Positions 12,415-24,874 of a stretch of 64,000 bases of DNA are shown piece by piece. This stretch comes from Scyliorhinus canicula (lineage: Eukaryota), in NCBI RefSeq assembly GCF_902713615.1, contig NC_052176.1, forward strand, positions 1,550,001 to 1,614,000. Reading direction: 5' to 3'. The notes beneath the pieces are model-generated. The model saw only the letters and a program-made list of their open reading frames with translations, made no database searches and had not been told where the DNA came from. Positions within the stretch are counted from its first letter, which is position 1; each line of letters begins with the position of its first letter. The position numbers and the translations under genes are program-made.

Positions 12415-13180
12415 TGTGCGCGACTGCTGCATTCACGTTTTGAAATAAATCCTAGTTTGAAAGGCGAGTGTATTTTGGGAGCCGATGGGGGTGCAATTAA
12501 ACCATCGTAAAAAAAAACTTTGGGCTCAGGGAATTTTGTTTGGATTGAGGGAATTCCCTGTGGAGTTAATTAGATTTCAGCTCGGTACGACAATGTAGTT
12601 GCTGGGTGGAGCAAAGCATCAGGCATTTTTGTAGAAAGCAGTTCAGTTCTGGTCTGAATGAAGCGGTGTCCAGAAAGCAAGCAGTTTTTCACCCACTGCA
12701 GTTCAGTAAAAGAGATCAACAGTATTTAAAAGCGGCGCAGACTTGGCTGAAAAGCATCTTCTGGAGATACAGACCAGAGTTTTCTGCATGTTCTGACCGG
12801 ACTCTGATCTTATCTTCGAAGCAGTTTGTCAAGAGATCTCTCTTTCGCAAAGAACATCTGTGAAGCAAGTATTTTCCACGCGCCATTGTAGTTGGATTTA
12901 GAGCCAAGATGGTGTTTTTTTTTGTTTTGATGGGAATAAAGATAGCAGTTGAGGGTATTATATTCACTGTATTGAGTAGTATATTTGAGGGGTAATTGTA
13001 AGCTATTTTCTTGTGCGATTTAAAGATTTTAACACTGTGTTAGTAATAAAGTTTGTTTTAATAAACCTTATCCTGATTTCTTTGAGGAAACCGTCGCTGG
13101 AGCGAAGGTATCCTTCCTCAGTTTACGAAATTAAATAAAATATTGGTGTCTCTGCCCAGTATCTATTGGGATCACGAAAA
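12415..13180 (+). mobile_element. Probable degenerate solo LTR
   Basis: LTR-like layout with an AT-rich 3' part and AATAAA near 13045; termini unclear. Confidence 0.35.
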
Positions 13181-13254
13181 TCCTGCTCACAGACGGAGAT
13201 ACTATTGACAGGGCTTTTTGAATGTGCTGTTGAAGTTCACCCCCCGTTTACCCA

Positions 13255-13935
13255 GCAGAGGAACAGAGGGATCTTGGGGTCCACGTACATCGATCCCTCA
13301 AAAGTTGCCACCCAGGTTGATAGGGTTGTTAAGAAGGTGTGTTGGCTTTCATTAACAGGGGGATTGAGTTAAAGAGCCACAAGGTTTTGCTGCAGCTTTA
13401 TAAAACCCTGATTACACTTGGAATATTGTGTCCAATTCTGGTTGCCTCATTATGGGAAGGATGTGGATGCTTTGGAGAGGGTGCAGAGGAGATTTACCAG
13501 GAAGCTGCCTGGACTGGAGGGCATGTCTTATGAAGAAGGGTTGAGGGAGCTGGGGCTTTTCTCACTGGAGCGAAGAAGGCAGAGAGGTGACTTGATAGAG
13601 GTGTACAAGGTGATGAGAGGCATGGATAGAGTGGATAGGCAGAGACTATTCCCCAGGGCGAAAATGGCTGTCACGAGGGGACATAATTTGAAGGTGATTG
13701 GAGGAAGGTATAGGGGAGATGTCAGAGGTCGGTTCTTTACACAGAGAGTGGTGGGTGTGTGGAATGCACTGCCAGCAGAGGTTGTGGAGTCAGAGTCATT
13801 AGGGACATTTAAGCGACTCTTCGACAGGCACATGGACAGCAGTAAATTGAAGGGGTGTAGGTGAGGTCGATCGTAGATTAGGATAAGTGGTCGGCACAAC
13901 ATCGTGGGCCAAAGGGCCTGTACTGTTCTATGTTT
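13255..13935 (+). mobile_element. CR1-clade LINE 3' fragment
   Basis: EYCVQFWLPHY...RFFTQRVVGVWNALP. Confidence 0.9.
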
Positions 13936-14349
13936 AAACACGTTCTCTTAGTACTGTTACTGCTGAACGGGAGATTTAAAGCAGGCAATTCAATGTCGCT
14001 TTTGTACTCAGAACCATGACAACAGAACCAAACTTTTCAAAAAGTTACAAAATCAGCTCGTCTTAACCCACTGCGTGCAGTTCTGGTCTCCATATTGGAA
14101 AAAAAAAGATGTAATTGCTCTCAAAGCAGTTCAGAGAAGGTTAACTGGACTCCTTCCTGGGATGAAACGGGCTTGCCTGATGAGGAAAGGTTGAACAGGT
14201 TGGGTTTATAACCCACTGGGAGTTTAGGAGTACGAGAGGTGATCTTACAAAACGTACAAGATCCTGAGGGGATTAAATAGGGGGGGGGGGATACCCAGAG
14301 CGTGTCTCCTCCTGTGGGTGGGACTGGAACCAGGGAATGTGGGTCTTCA

Positions 14350-14812
14350 GAGAGGAGACCGATTTTCGGGCTTTTCTGGAGGATCCATGGCGTTTTATGT
14401 GGGGAAAATCGGCGAGGCCCCACGGCCTTCCCGATATAAACGCCTGGAGAATTGCCGGGCCCGTGGCTGTGCATGGCGACAACCTGCAGCGGTTGCACCA
14501 TACGACATTGCGCCGGCCCAACCTGCCAGATATTGACACAGTCCGCAGCCGCCATACAGGGTCCCCGGCCGCTCAGACCACACGTGCCCCGTGCCATCGG
14601 GAACTCGGCCCATCGGGGGCGGAGCATTGGGAGAGGGCCTTTGGGTAACGCCGCGAGGCCGTCCCAACAGCGTGCGACGTAATCACCAATGACTCAGTTT
14701 TGGAGGGGCAGAGATCTGAAAACAGGCGTCGCCCGATTTCATCTACAAAGGGATTCTCCGTCCGATCGGCGATTGTGAAATTGGTGTCGGGGAACAGGGA
14801 AATCCCGCCCCT
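14350..14812. mobile_element. GC-rich MITE-like element inserted in a CR1 fragment
   Basis: CpG-rich; terminal gggaaatcccgcccc; CR1 sequence on both sides. Confidence 0.55.
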
Positions 14813-17800
14813 CATCTTTAAACTGAGATGAGGAGAAAGGTTCTCTCGCAAAGGGTCGTTAGCCTGCGGAATTGTCTTGTCCACAAAGGCTGGGCCATTG
14901 AATTTGTTGCAGGCGGAGTTAGACGGACTTTTGTGAGGCAAGGTTGTCAAGGGAATAGTGGAGCCGGCTCAAAGGGCGGTTCCTGCTCCGATGCCCGCGG
15001 TACTCCGCCTCTCCGGTAGTCTAAACCTATCCTTATTCCTGGCATAACCATGCACCCCAGCAGATACATTCATCGCTAGAATCGGCATTATCCACCATTA
15101 CTTATCGATATTGAATTGGGGCAGAGTCTCCGATATGTGGCTCTGAGCGTTCATCCCGGCGAGAGGCCCAACTGGATCGCGTGGCCAGCGCACCTTTCTG
15201 AAGGACAGTGATTCCCCGATTCTAACATTTTGGAACCAAATTCAAGGTGGGCAGGGCTCAAGTTCGATTCCCGGTCAGGGAATAAAGGTGGATTGCTCTC
15301 GGACTGTAAGGAATAGAAGTAATTGCCCAAGATAGACAGGCAGGTGTTGTTTTTAGTTTGTCATTAGATCAGATTGGGGGTGGCATGCGAGAGTTGTACG
15401 CCAAGTGACTCATGCAGTAACCAAGTACCAGAGATGGCCCAAAGGCTGGGAATGGAACACAACCCCACTTCTACAACTAACAAAGACTGTTCTCCTGCCC
15501 CCATTCACAGATGGCACAGGTTCAATGAGAGATAACGTTCCTTCTCCTCTGCAAGCAATTCACCTCCGCTCTAACCTCAAAAGCACCATTCCGAACGTCG
15601 GAATATCCAGGCCAGTAACCCAGAAGACAGTTTTAATGCCAGTTTTGTGGGCCTTCTCGCCATAATCCCTGCTTGATCAAAAACCTATCTATCTCTGTCT
15701 GAAAGACACTCGGTGATTTGGCCTCCACTGCCTTCTGCGGCAAAGAAGGCAATGAATCGGGTGACTCAAGCCGGGTTTCAGTACCATTCCAGCTCCTATT
15801 TATAGGCTGCAGGAGGACATTAACATATGGTCAACACAGTCTGCCCGGGCACCGACACGCAGACAAGTAAAGATCCCAGAACAGCTGGCAGCTGGCGGAA
15901 ATGACGGATTCTGTTACAGAATGCAGCGTCCTCACTATAAAAGGATGGGGGGGGGGGGGGGGGGGGGGGGAGATGGGAGAAGTTGGAAAACTGGACACCA
16001 GAAGCTCGTTCTAAATCAGAGGTAAACTCTGACAAGTCCTGGCACGTGTCTCATTTTTCTTCTCCACTTGTTATCTCGGTACCACATGTGCACGGGGATT
16101 CACTCTTATTGTTTTGACAGCAGGGGAATTAAACAGCGCTTTGGATACCTGGGTAGAAATAATTCCTGGGCGGCAGTGAAAAGACATAGACGGAAATGGA
16201 TTTTTTTGCCTATTACCCACAGCGTTGGATGTTTAGACAGAGGCCAATCGAATAGTGACCACTTTTCATCGCACCTCTCCCTCAGGGACTCACTTCTATC
16301 TCCACAGAGGTTGCCGCGAGTCATAACACAGCAGTACGGAAAACAAAAAACACAGAATACTCAGCAGGTCCGGCAGCATCTTTGTGGAGAAAACGGAGCT
16401 ACTTAGCGCTTCGTGCCGATGACCTGTCATTCGTTACGACGAAAGTCGATCGAGCCAAAACGTCAGCCCACCTTCTCTCTCTCGACAAATGTTGCCTGAC
16501 CATCGGAGTCTTTCCAGTGTTTTTTTGCTTCCATCTCGGATTCCCAGCACGGCACGAAATAATCAGGAACGAGCGCGAGGCGGACTGCGGCCACGGGGTT
16601 TAGGGAGAGAGTCCCAGAGCTTGGGGACACCAATTATGTTGAGCATCGAGAATCGGTGGGATGTTTAAGAGTCCGGAGCTCAGCGAGAGCGTCTTACAAG
16701 GGAGGGGCGACCGGGAGGGAGAGGCAGAGGGGTGAGGGGAGCTAATTCCAGAACTCCGGGTTGGGGGCCCGAGCAGCAGAAGGCAGGACTGATGATGGAG
16801 CAATTAAAATCAGCGATGCATGCAGGAGGCTGGATCTGGAGGAACACAGGTATCTCAAAAGGGTCGTGAAGCTGGAGGAGATTAGGAGATAGGGAGGGGT
16901 TTGAAAGAAAAACCCCCTTGGAATAAAGGTGTTACTTGACTGGGCAGCACGGTAGCATAGTGGGCAGCACGTTAGCATAGTGGTTAGCACTACGGCTTCA
17001 CAGCACCAGGGTCCGAGGTTCGATTCCCGCTTGGGTCACTGTGTCCGGAGTCTGCACTTTCTCCCCGTGTTTGCGTGGGTTTCCTCCAGGCGCTCCGGTC
17101 TCCTCCCACAGTCCAGGTTAGGTGGATTGGGTATGCTAAATTGCCCTTAGGTTAGGTGGGGTTGCTGGGTTACGGGGATTGGGTGGAGGTGTGGGCTTCA
17201 GTCGGCTGCTCTTTCCAAGAGACGGTGCAGACTCGATGGGCCGAACGGCCTCCTTCAGCACTGTAAATTCTATGGACATTGATGAGCGAGCACAGGGGGC
17301 GATAGGAGAACTGGAGTTGGAAGTTAGGACACAGGCAGCAGAGTTTGATTTGGCCTCAAGTTTAGAGTGCCGAATAGATGAGTCTATTAGAGGTCATAGA
17401 TGTGAGACTATAAACAAAGGCACAAATAAATGAGGGTATGAGCAGCAGGTGGGCAGAGGCAAAGAAAGTAGGTCACACTATAGCAAGAGGGCTAGTTCTT
17501 GAATGAAATAACTCATTGCTTGGCTGATTAGTGTGTGTTTGGGTGGGGTAGTGTTGGAAACGACACAGTCCCTGCTGGACTTTCCTAGCTATTATTCAGG
17601 CAGGTTAAGCAGAGAAAGGCAACCCTAACTAGCTGGTAACAGCAGAATGAGTCGGCGTATTTGCTGCTTTCCACAGAGTGAGTCTGGCAATCAACAGCTT
17701 TGCAGTTCCAACTTTGGGAAAAAGGAGGAAGGAAAACTACTCCCCCTAGACTTGCTTTCCCAGGATCAGGCGCTATAAATAGACTCGGCGATGATTGTTG

Positions 17801-18117
17801 GGATTGATGATGAAGGAACTTCACCCAAAACACCAGTCTACCTTTCTGTCGTTGGGATAATCTTCCGCTTTTTATGAAAAACATGCGCGCGAGGTTCAAT
17901 TTTTAAAAACGGCCATTTAAAAAGCAGTCCAGTCCTAAAATCCACCAAGGGAGAGGGGGGAAAACGGACAAGTTCAAAAAAACAATTTCAATTTAAAACT
18001 CTTCGAAAGAGGCCAAGTAACAGAAGGTAGCAGAGAAAGAGATTCAAAGACTCGTTTTCCAGAACGCACGCAACACAAAATGGTCAAATAGTTAGTATCA
18101 AGGGCAGCACAGAGGTA

Positions 18118-18366
18118 GCCATGATATGGAGATACCGGCGATGCCATGATATGGAGATGCCGGCGATGCCATGATATGGAGATACCCACGCAGTCCAACA
18201 TATTTGTTTCAAACACTAGCTTTCAGAGCACTGCTCCATTCACCCGAGGAAGGAGCAGTGCTCCGAAAGCTAGTGTTTGTAACAAACCTGTTGGACTTTA
18301 ACCTGGTGTTGGAAGACTTCTTACTGCGCTCACCCCCAGTCCAACGCCGGCATCTCCACATCACGG
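18118..18366 (+). mobile_element. Penelope-like terminal-repeat remnant in inverted (foldback) arrangement
   Basis: 46-bp inverted arms 18192-18237 and 18252-18297; homologous to 58243-58375; hammerhead-like core. Confidence 0.65.
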
Positions 18367-19149
18367 ACTGTCCAAGATTAAGCTTTTAAATGGTTAGCAT
18401 AGAGGTTACTGTGAAAATCCCCTCGTCGCTGTATTCCGGCGCCTGTTCGGGTACACGAGGGAGAATTCAGAATGTCCAATTCACCCAACAAGCACGTCTT
18501 TCGGGACTTGTGGGAGGAAACCGGAGCGCCCGGAGGAAACCCACGCAGACACGGGGGGGGGGAGAACGTGCAGACTCCGCGCAGACAGTGACCCAAGCCC
18601 GGGAATCGAACCCGGGTCCCTCGAGCGGTGAAGCCACAGAGCTAACCACTGTGCCGCCCAATTTTAATTTTGAAGAGCTAAACCTTGACACGGAGTCACC
18701 CAAACTCACTTTTAAAGAGATGGCATGAGTGATGTCAAAAAGCCAGACAGGCCCATAGCAGTTCCCCGTCCCCGAATATTGAAGATTAAAGAAGGATTGT
18801 AGACAACACAAATGAATTTCTATATATTGTACTTTTGACAGCCCACTGACAACTAAAGAGGAAAGTACACATTTGATTTTGAAGGTTATTGACCATTGGG
18901 ACAGATTGGAAGAGTCTGGGGGGGGGGGGGGGGGGGGGGGATCACACACCCCTCTTACCCAATCCCTAGGGGACCCCCCCCCCCCCCCCCATCCCTGGGG
19001 GGGCACACCGTATTATTGTCCATCGGGAGGTTTTATTATCCAGAGAGAATGAGGGTTGAAGAGGGGGGTCCAATGGAGGGGAGATTCAGGGGGGGTTGCT
19101 GAGTGATGGTTCAGGGACTTTGAAGAGGGTCCAAAGGAGGGGATAATTC

Positions 19150-22135
19150 AGGAGTGGGGATTGTGGTGGAAGAATGGATTCCATGTGGGTGGGGGGGGGG
19201 GGCGCGGCGGGATTCCGGGAATGGGAGGGGAGGTTGTGAGGGAGGAAATCTAGGGGCATGGTTGGGAGGGGGGGGGGGGGGGGGGGAGAAAATCGGGGTG
19301 GGGGGAACTGGGGGGTTTCGGGGGAGTTTGGGAGGGGGGAGATCAGCGGGGGATGAGGGACCTGGGGGGGGGTTCGGGAGGGGGGATTTGCAGGAGGGGG
19401 ATCTGGGTGGGAGGGGGGATTTGCGGGGGGAGGGAATCTGGGGGGGAAGGGGAGGGAATCAGGGGGGAAGGGGAGGGAATCTGCGGGGGGAAATCTGGGG
19501 GGAATCTGGTTGGGGGGATCTGGGAGGGGGGAGGGATCTGGAAAGGGGGGGAGGGATCTGGAAAGGGGGGGAGGAATCTGGAAAGGGGGGGGAGGGATCT
19601 GGAAAGGGGGGAAGGGATCTGGAAAGGGGGGAAGGGATCTGGAAAGGGGGGAAGGGATCTGGAAAGGGGGGGGAGGGATCTGGAAAGGGGGGGAGGGATC
19701 TGGAAAGGGGGAGGGATCTGGAAAGGGGGAGGGATCTGGAAAGGGGGGAGGGATCTGGAAAGGGGGGAGGGATCTGGAAGGGGGGAGGGATCTGGAAGGG
19801 GGGGGGAGGGATCTGGAAGGGGGGGAGGGATCTGGAAGGGGGAGGGAGCTGGAAGGGGGGGAGGGATCTGGAAGGGGGGAGGGATCTGGAAGGGGGGGGG
19901 GAGGGATCTGGAAGGGGGGGGAGGGATCTGGAAGGGAGGAGGGATCTGGAAGGGGGGGAGGGATCTGGAAGGGGGTGGAGGGATCTGGAAAGGAGGGGAA
20001 AGATCTGGAAAGGGGGGGAGGGATCTGGAAAGGGGGGGAGGGATCTGGAAAGGGGGGGAGGGATCTGGAAAGGGGGGGGAGGGATCTGGAAAGGGGGGGA
20101 GGGATCTGGAATGGGGGGGGAGGGATCTGGAAAGGTGGGGAGGGATCTGGAAAGGGGGGGGGAGGGATCTGGAAAGGGGGGGAGGGATCTGGAAAGGGGG
20201 GAGGGATCTGGAAAGGGGGGGAGGGATCTGGAAAGGGGGGGAGGGATCTGGAAAGGGGGGAGGGATCTGGAAAGGGGGGGAGGGATCTGGAAAGGGGGGG
20301 GAGGGATCTGGAAGGGGGGGAGGGATCTGGAAGGGGGGGGAGGGATCTGGAAGGGGGGGAGGGATCTGGAAGGGGGGGGGAGGGATCTGGAAGGGGGAGG
20401 GATCTGGAAGGGGGGAGGGATCTGGAAGGGGAGGGAAGGGATCTGGAAGGGGGGAGGGAAGGGATCTGGAAGGGGGGAGGGAAGGGATCTGGAAGGGGGG
20501 AGGGAAGGGATCTGGAAGGGGGGAAGGGATCTGGAAGGAGGGGGGAAGGGATCTGGAAGGGGGGGGAAGGGATCTGGAAGGGGGGGGAAGGGATCTGGAA
20601 GGGGGGGGAAGGGATCTGGAAGGGGGGGAAGGGATCTGGAAGGGGGGGAGGGATCTGGAACGGGGGGCGGAATCTGGTGGGAGGGAGGAATATGGTGGGG
20701 GGGAGAAGAGAATCTGGTGGGGGGAAATCTGGGGGTGGGGAGAAGAGACGCTGGTGGGGGGAAATCTGGGGGGGGGGTGAGGGGAATCTGGTGGAGGTGG
20801 TAAATCGGGTGGGGGGACTCTGTGGTGGTGGGGGGGGGAATCTGGTGGTGGTGGGGGGGGAATCTGGTGAGAGGAGGGTATCTGATGGGGGGGAATCTGG
20901 TGGGAGGGGGGATCTGGTGGGGAAGGTAAATCTGGTGATGGTGGTAATCTGGTGGTGGGGAATCTGGTGGTGGGGAATCTGGCGGTGGGGGTGGGAATCT
21001 GGTGGTGGGGGGAATCTGGTGGTGGTGGTGGGAATCTGGTGGTGGGGGTGGGAATCTGGTGGGGGGGAATCTGGTGGTGGGGGGGAATCTGGTGGTAGGG
21101 GTGGGAATCTGGTGGTAGGGGTGGGAATCTGGTGGTAGGGGTGGGAATCTGGTGGGGGGATCTGGTGGTGGGGGGGAGAATCTGGTGGTGGTGGGAATCT
21201 GGTGAGGGGGGTCTGGTGGGGGAGAGAATCTGGTGAGGGGGGTCTGGTGGGATGGGGGGGAGAGAATCTGGTGGTGGGGGAATCTGGTGGGGGGGTCTGG
21301 TGGGATGGGGGGAAGAGAATCTGGTGGGGGAGGGTAAATCTGGTGGCGGTGGAAATCTGGTGGGTGAGTGGGAATCTGGTGGTGGTGGGAATCTGGTGGG
21401 TGGGTGGGAATCTGGTGGGTGGGAGGGAATCTGGTGGCGGTGGTGGGAATCTGGTGGTGGTGGTGGGAATCTGGTGGGTGGGGGGCTGGTTTGGGGAGTG
21501 AATCTGGTGGGTTTGGGGAGTGAATCTGGTGGGTGTGTGGAATCTGGTGGGGGGAGAGATCTGGTAGGTGGGTGGGAGATCTGGTAAGTGGGTGGGGAAT
21601 CTGGTGGTGGGGGGAGATCTGGTGATGTGATCTGGTGATGGGGGGAATCTGGTTGGGGGTCTAGTGTGGGGGATCTAGTGGTGGGGAATCTGGTGGTGGG
21701 GAGATCTGGTGATGGGGGGAATCTGGTTGGGGGTCTAGTGTGGGGGATCTGGTGGTGGTGGAATCTGGTGGGGGGGGGGGATCTGGTGGTGGTGGGGGAT
21801 CTGGTGGTGGGGGGAATCTGGTGGTGGGGGAATCTGGTGGGGGGAATCTGGTGATGGGGGATCTGGTGGTGGTGGGGGATCTGGTGGTGGTGGGGGATCT
21901 GGTGGTGGGGGGATCTGGTGGTGGTGGGGGGATCTGGTGGTGGGGGGATCTGGTGGTGGTGGTGGGGGGGATCTGGTGGTGGTGGGGGGATCTGGTGGTG
22001 GGGGGGGATCTGGTGGTGGTGGGGGATCTGGTGGTGGGGGGATCTGGTGGTGGGGGGGGGATCTGGTGGTGGTGGGGGATCTGGTGGTGGGGGGGATCTG
22101 GTGGTGGGGGGGGATCTGGTGGTGGGGGGTGTGAT
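19150..22135. repeat. G-rich compound satellite: (GGGATCTGGAAAGGGGGGGA)n then (GGAATCTGGTGGTGGG)n
   Basis: Direct reading; ATCTGG anchor throughout; extreme G skew on the plus strand. Confidence 0.95.
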
Positions 22136-22255
22136 TAAAGGAGTTTCTCTCCCCCCCCCCATTCTCTCTCACTCTCCCCCTTTCCTTTCCCTCCCCTTCC
22201 CCCTTCTCCCTTTCCCCTCTCCCCCTTCTCCCTTTCCCCTCTCCCCCTGTCTTAC

Positions 22256-22270
22256 CTTCCCCAGCTCCAT
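22256..22270 (-). CDS. STIP1: STIP1 (HOP) coding exon 1, MELGK
   Basis: ATG GAG CTG GGG AAG|GTAAGA inside a CpG island. Phase 0 joins exon 2 (VTELKEKGN), equivalent to the short human first exon MEQ. Confidence 0.8.
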
Positions 22271-22289
22271 CAGCAGCTCCAGCAGCTCA

Positions 22290-22625
22290 CCACCATGCGC
22301 CTTCTGGAACTTACCAGAACTCTCGCCGGAAGCCCCGCCCCGCCGACCGCCTCCCATTGGCCCGGCCGGCCCGTCCGTCACTCCCCGTCCCCGTTGGTCA
22401 CTGGGCCAGGTAGGTCTCCGTTCCGATTGGTCGGCTGGGCCATCAATCACGGCGCGCAGGTCCCGCCCCCCCCTCCCCGTGACGCACGGACAGCAGCCCG
22501 GACCCGCCTCCGGCCATGGAGAGGCCTGCGATTGGCCGGCGGAACCCTTCCGGCCACCGCCGGTTGGCCCCAGCGGCCGTCAATCAGCCGAGGGTGGCAC
22601 TTCCGGGAACTGGGCCGAGGGTGTC
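22290..22625 (-). promoter_or_regulatory. STIP1 CpG-island promoter with CCAAT boxes, GC boxes and an ETS site
   Basis: CpG-dense. ATTGG at 22356, 22426 and 22531; CCCCGCCC boxes near 22333 and 22462; ACTTCCGG near 22599. Confidence 0.75.
22301..22325. promoter_or_regulatory. Heat-shock element (5 alternating nGAAn units, 3 perfect)
   Basis: cTTCt gGAAc tTACc aGAAc tCTCg, about 30 nt upstream of the STIP1 ATG. STIP1 is an established HSF1 target. Confidence 0.75.
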
Positions 22626-22962
22626 CATTCAACCTGGGTCCTCAAGGGTCCCCATAGATGAATTGCAAACTGCAATTCCAACTGCACACCTGGCTGGGTG
22701 CGCGGCGTGGCAAATCATAAAACATATGCAAAAATAAAATCACAACTTTGTGTCCATTTTTAAAAATGGTTTTAATTGACCTCAGGTTCTGCCAACCCCC
22801 TCATTTGCGTCCCTCCAGAAAAACTTTGGGGGTTTGCTGCCACGTTGAGCGAATGAGTTGTATTCCCCAACCCTCACGGCCCCATGAAGCGTTTCAACGA
22901 AGCGAGTAGCTTGTAGTGGTGTAAGTGCACAGCAAGATCCCACACACAAAAAAAGGGAATAT

Positions 22963-23273
22963 TGGGCGGCACGGTAGCACACTGGTTAGCACTGCTGCTT
23001 CACAGCGCCAGGGTCCCGGGTTCGATTCCCGGCTCGGGTCACTGTCTGTGCGGTATCTACACGTTCACCCCGTGTCTGCGTGGGTTTCCTCCGGGCGCTC
23101 CAGTTTCCCCCCACAAGTCCCCGTAAGACGTGCTTGTTGGGTGAATTGGACATTCTGAATTCTCCCTCCGTGCACCCGAACAGGCGCCGAAATGTGGCGA
23201 CGAGGGGATTTTCACAGTAACTTTATGGCAGTGTTAATGTAAGCCTACTTGTGACAATAATAGATTATTATTA
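22963..23273 (+). mobile_element. V-SINE-core SINE with an alternative 3' tail, representative copy
   Basis: HE1-like head and core, then cccgaacaggcgccg...ttttcacagtaact...(att)n. Other copies near 286-585(-), 3935-4228(-), 18403-18659(-), 29244-29556, 33875-34356, 41122-41418(-), 45783-46023(-), 49009-49316, 54661-54935 and 58550-58840. Confidence 0.85.
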
Positions 23274-24874
23274 TCGGTACGGCTTCTTCTGCGCTTTTGA
23301 AGCATTTTGGTTTTGCTACTTGCTGTGTATCTTGTTTTTTTAAAAATCCCAATAAAGGGGCAATTTAGCATGGCCAATCCACCACCTAACCCTGCACATC
23401 TTTGGGTTGTGGGGGTGTGACCCACGCAAACACGGGGACAATATGCAAACTCCCCACGGCCAGTGACCCGGGCCCGTGATCGAACCCGGGTGCTCGGCGC
23501 CGTGAGGCAGCAGTGCTAACCACTGCACCACCGTGCTGCCCTGTACCTTCTGTGTATCTAACTACCGTCATTAATGAAATCAGGGAATAATACAGTCCCT
23601 TCAGCCCATCGGGTCTGCACCGACAACATTCAGTTTGCGTAACTGAGTGCATACTGTGCGCCAAATCTGAAGTGTAGCTTCATGTCATCGGGAAAGAGGT
23701 TGTTTGAAGTGATCTATATTTGTATTTTTGAATATGAGAAACAGGGTATAGCATTAAGGAAATTTAATTGAATAATAATATAATAATCGCTTATTGTCAC
23801 AAGTACGAAGTTACTGTGAAAAGCCCCTCGTCGCCACATTCCGGTGCCTGTTCGGGTAAGCCGGTAAGGGAATTGAACCCGCGCTGCTGGCCTTGTTCTG
23901 CATTTCAAACCATCTGTCTAGCCCACTGAGCTAAACCGGCCCATTTTGCGTTTCTGGAGAAGTTGAAATTTTAGTTAGCTCATGTGAATCAAAGGCCTTT
24001 TGGTTTCACTTTAAACTGTGCCCCCATTGTCATGAAAGGGTTTACGACATGAAAACAAGCAGAGATGAGATGAGGCTATTGCTCAGAAACCAGGGGCCCC
24101 ACGCTGAAATGTGCCTCAGTTGGAGCCAGGTTATCGAGATGAAAGCAGGTCTCACACCAAAAGCTGACAAGAGAGGCAAGCCAATGGAGTAAGGGGGCAG
24201 AAAGAAGTCCCAGAAGCTCAAGAGCAGATAGCTGTACAAACCAGGGAATGAAGGAGAAGTACCAGATAAAGGAACGAAGAATCAGAAGTTGAACAAAGTT
24301 ATGTTCAGGAGGATTCAAGTAAAAGGCGGAGAAAGTGTCCTGAGTGAAAGAACAACCTGCAGTGACCAGATTTCGAAAGCGGGAAAGCAGACAGCAGGTG
24401 TAAATACTGGTGATACCTTCATACAGGCTGTGAAGCATCAATGTTCTTTGGGGGACCTGAGACATTATGTGGAAGCTTGAATTCATGTGATGATCGAAGA
24501 CAGAGGAACAGTGAAAGGAGAGATTGAAATCGTTGTTTTAAAAATAAATTTAGAGTACCCAATTATTATTTTTTTCCAATTAAGGAGCAATTTAGCGTGG
24601 CCAATCCACCTGACCTGCACATCTTTGGATTGTGGGGACGAGACCCACATGCAGACATGGGGAGAATGTGTAAACTCCACACGGACAGTGACCCAGGGCC
24701 GGGATTCGAACTCGGGCCCTCAGCGCCACAGCCCCAGTGCTAACCACTGTGCCGCCACGAGAATTGCCACAGGAAGTAGCTGATGCAAAAACATTGAATA
24801 TATTCGAGAGGCGGCTAGATACAGCACTTGGGAATAATGGGATCAAAGTCTTTGGGGAGAAAGCAGGATTATTG

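Noticed and set aside
16340-16550. Degenerate palindromic repeat that may derive from a Penelope/MER6-like hammerhead-bearing element
   Set aside because: Too diverged to support a ribozyme core or a family call.
19154-22172. Very long Gly- or Pro-rich ORFs (up to 939 aa) on both strands
   Set aside because: By-products of a stop-poor satellite; open in several frames; intronic.
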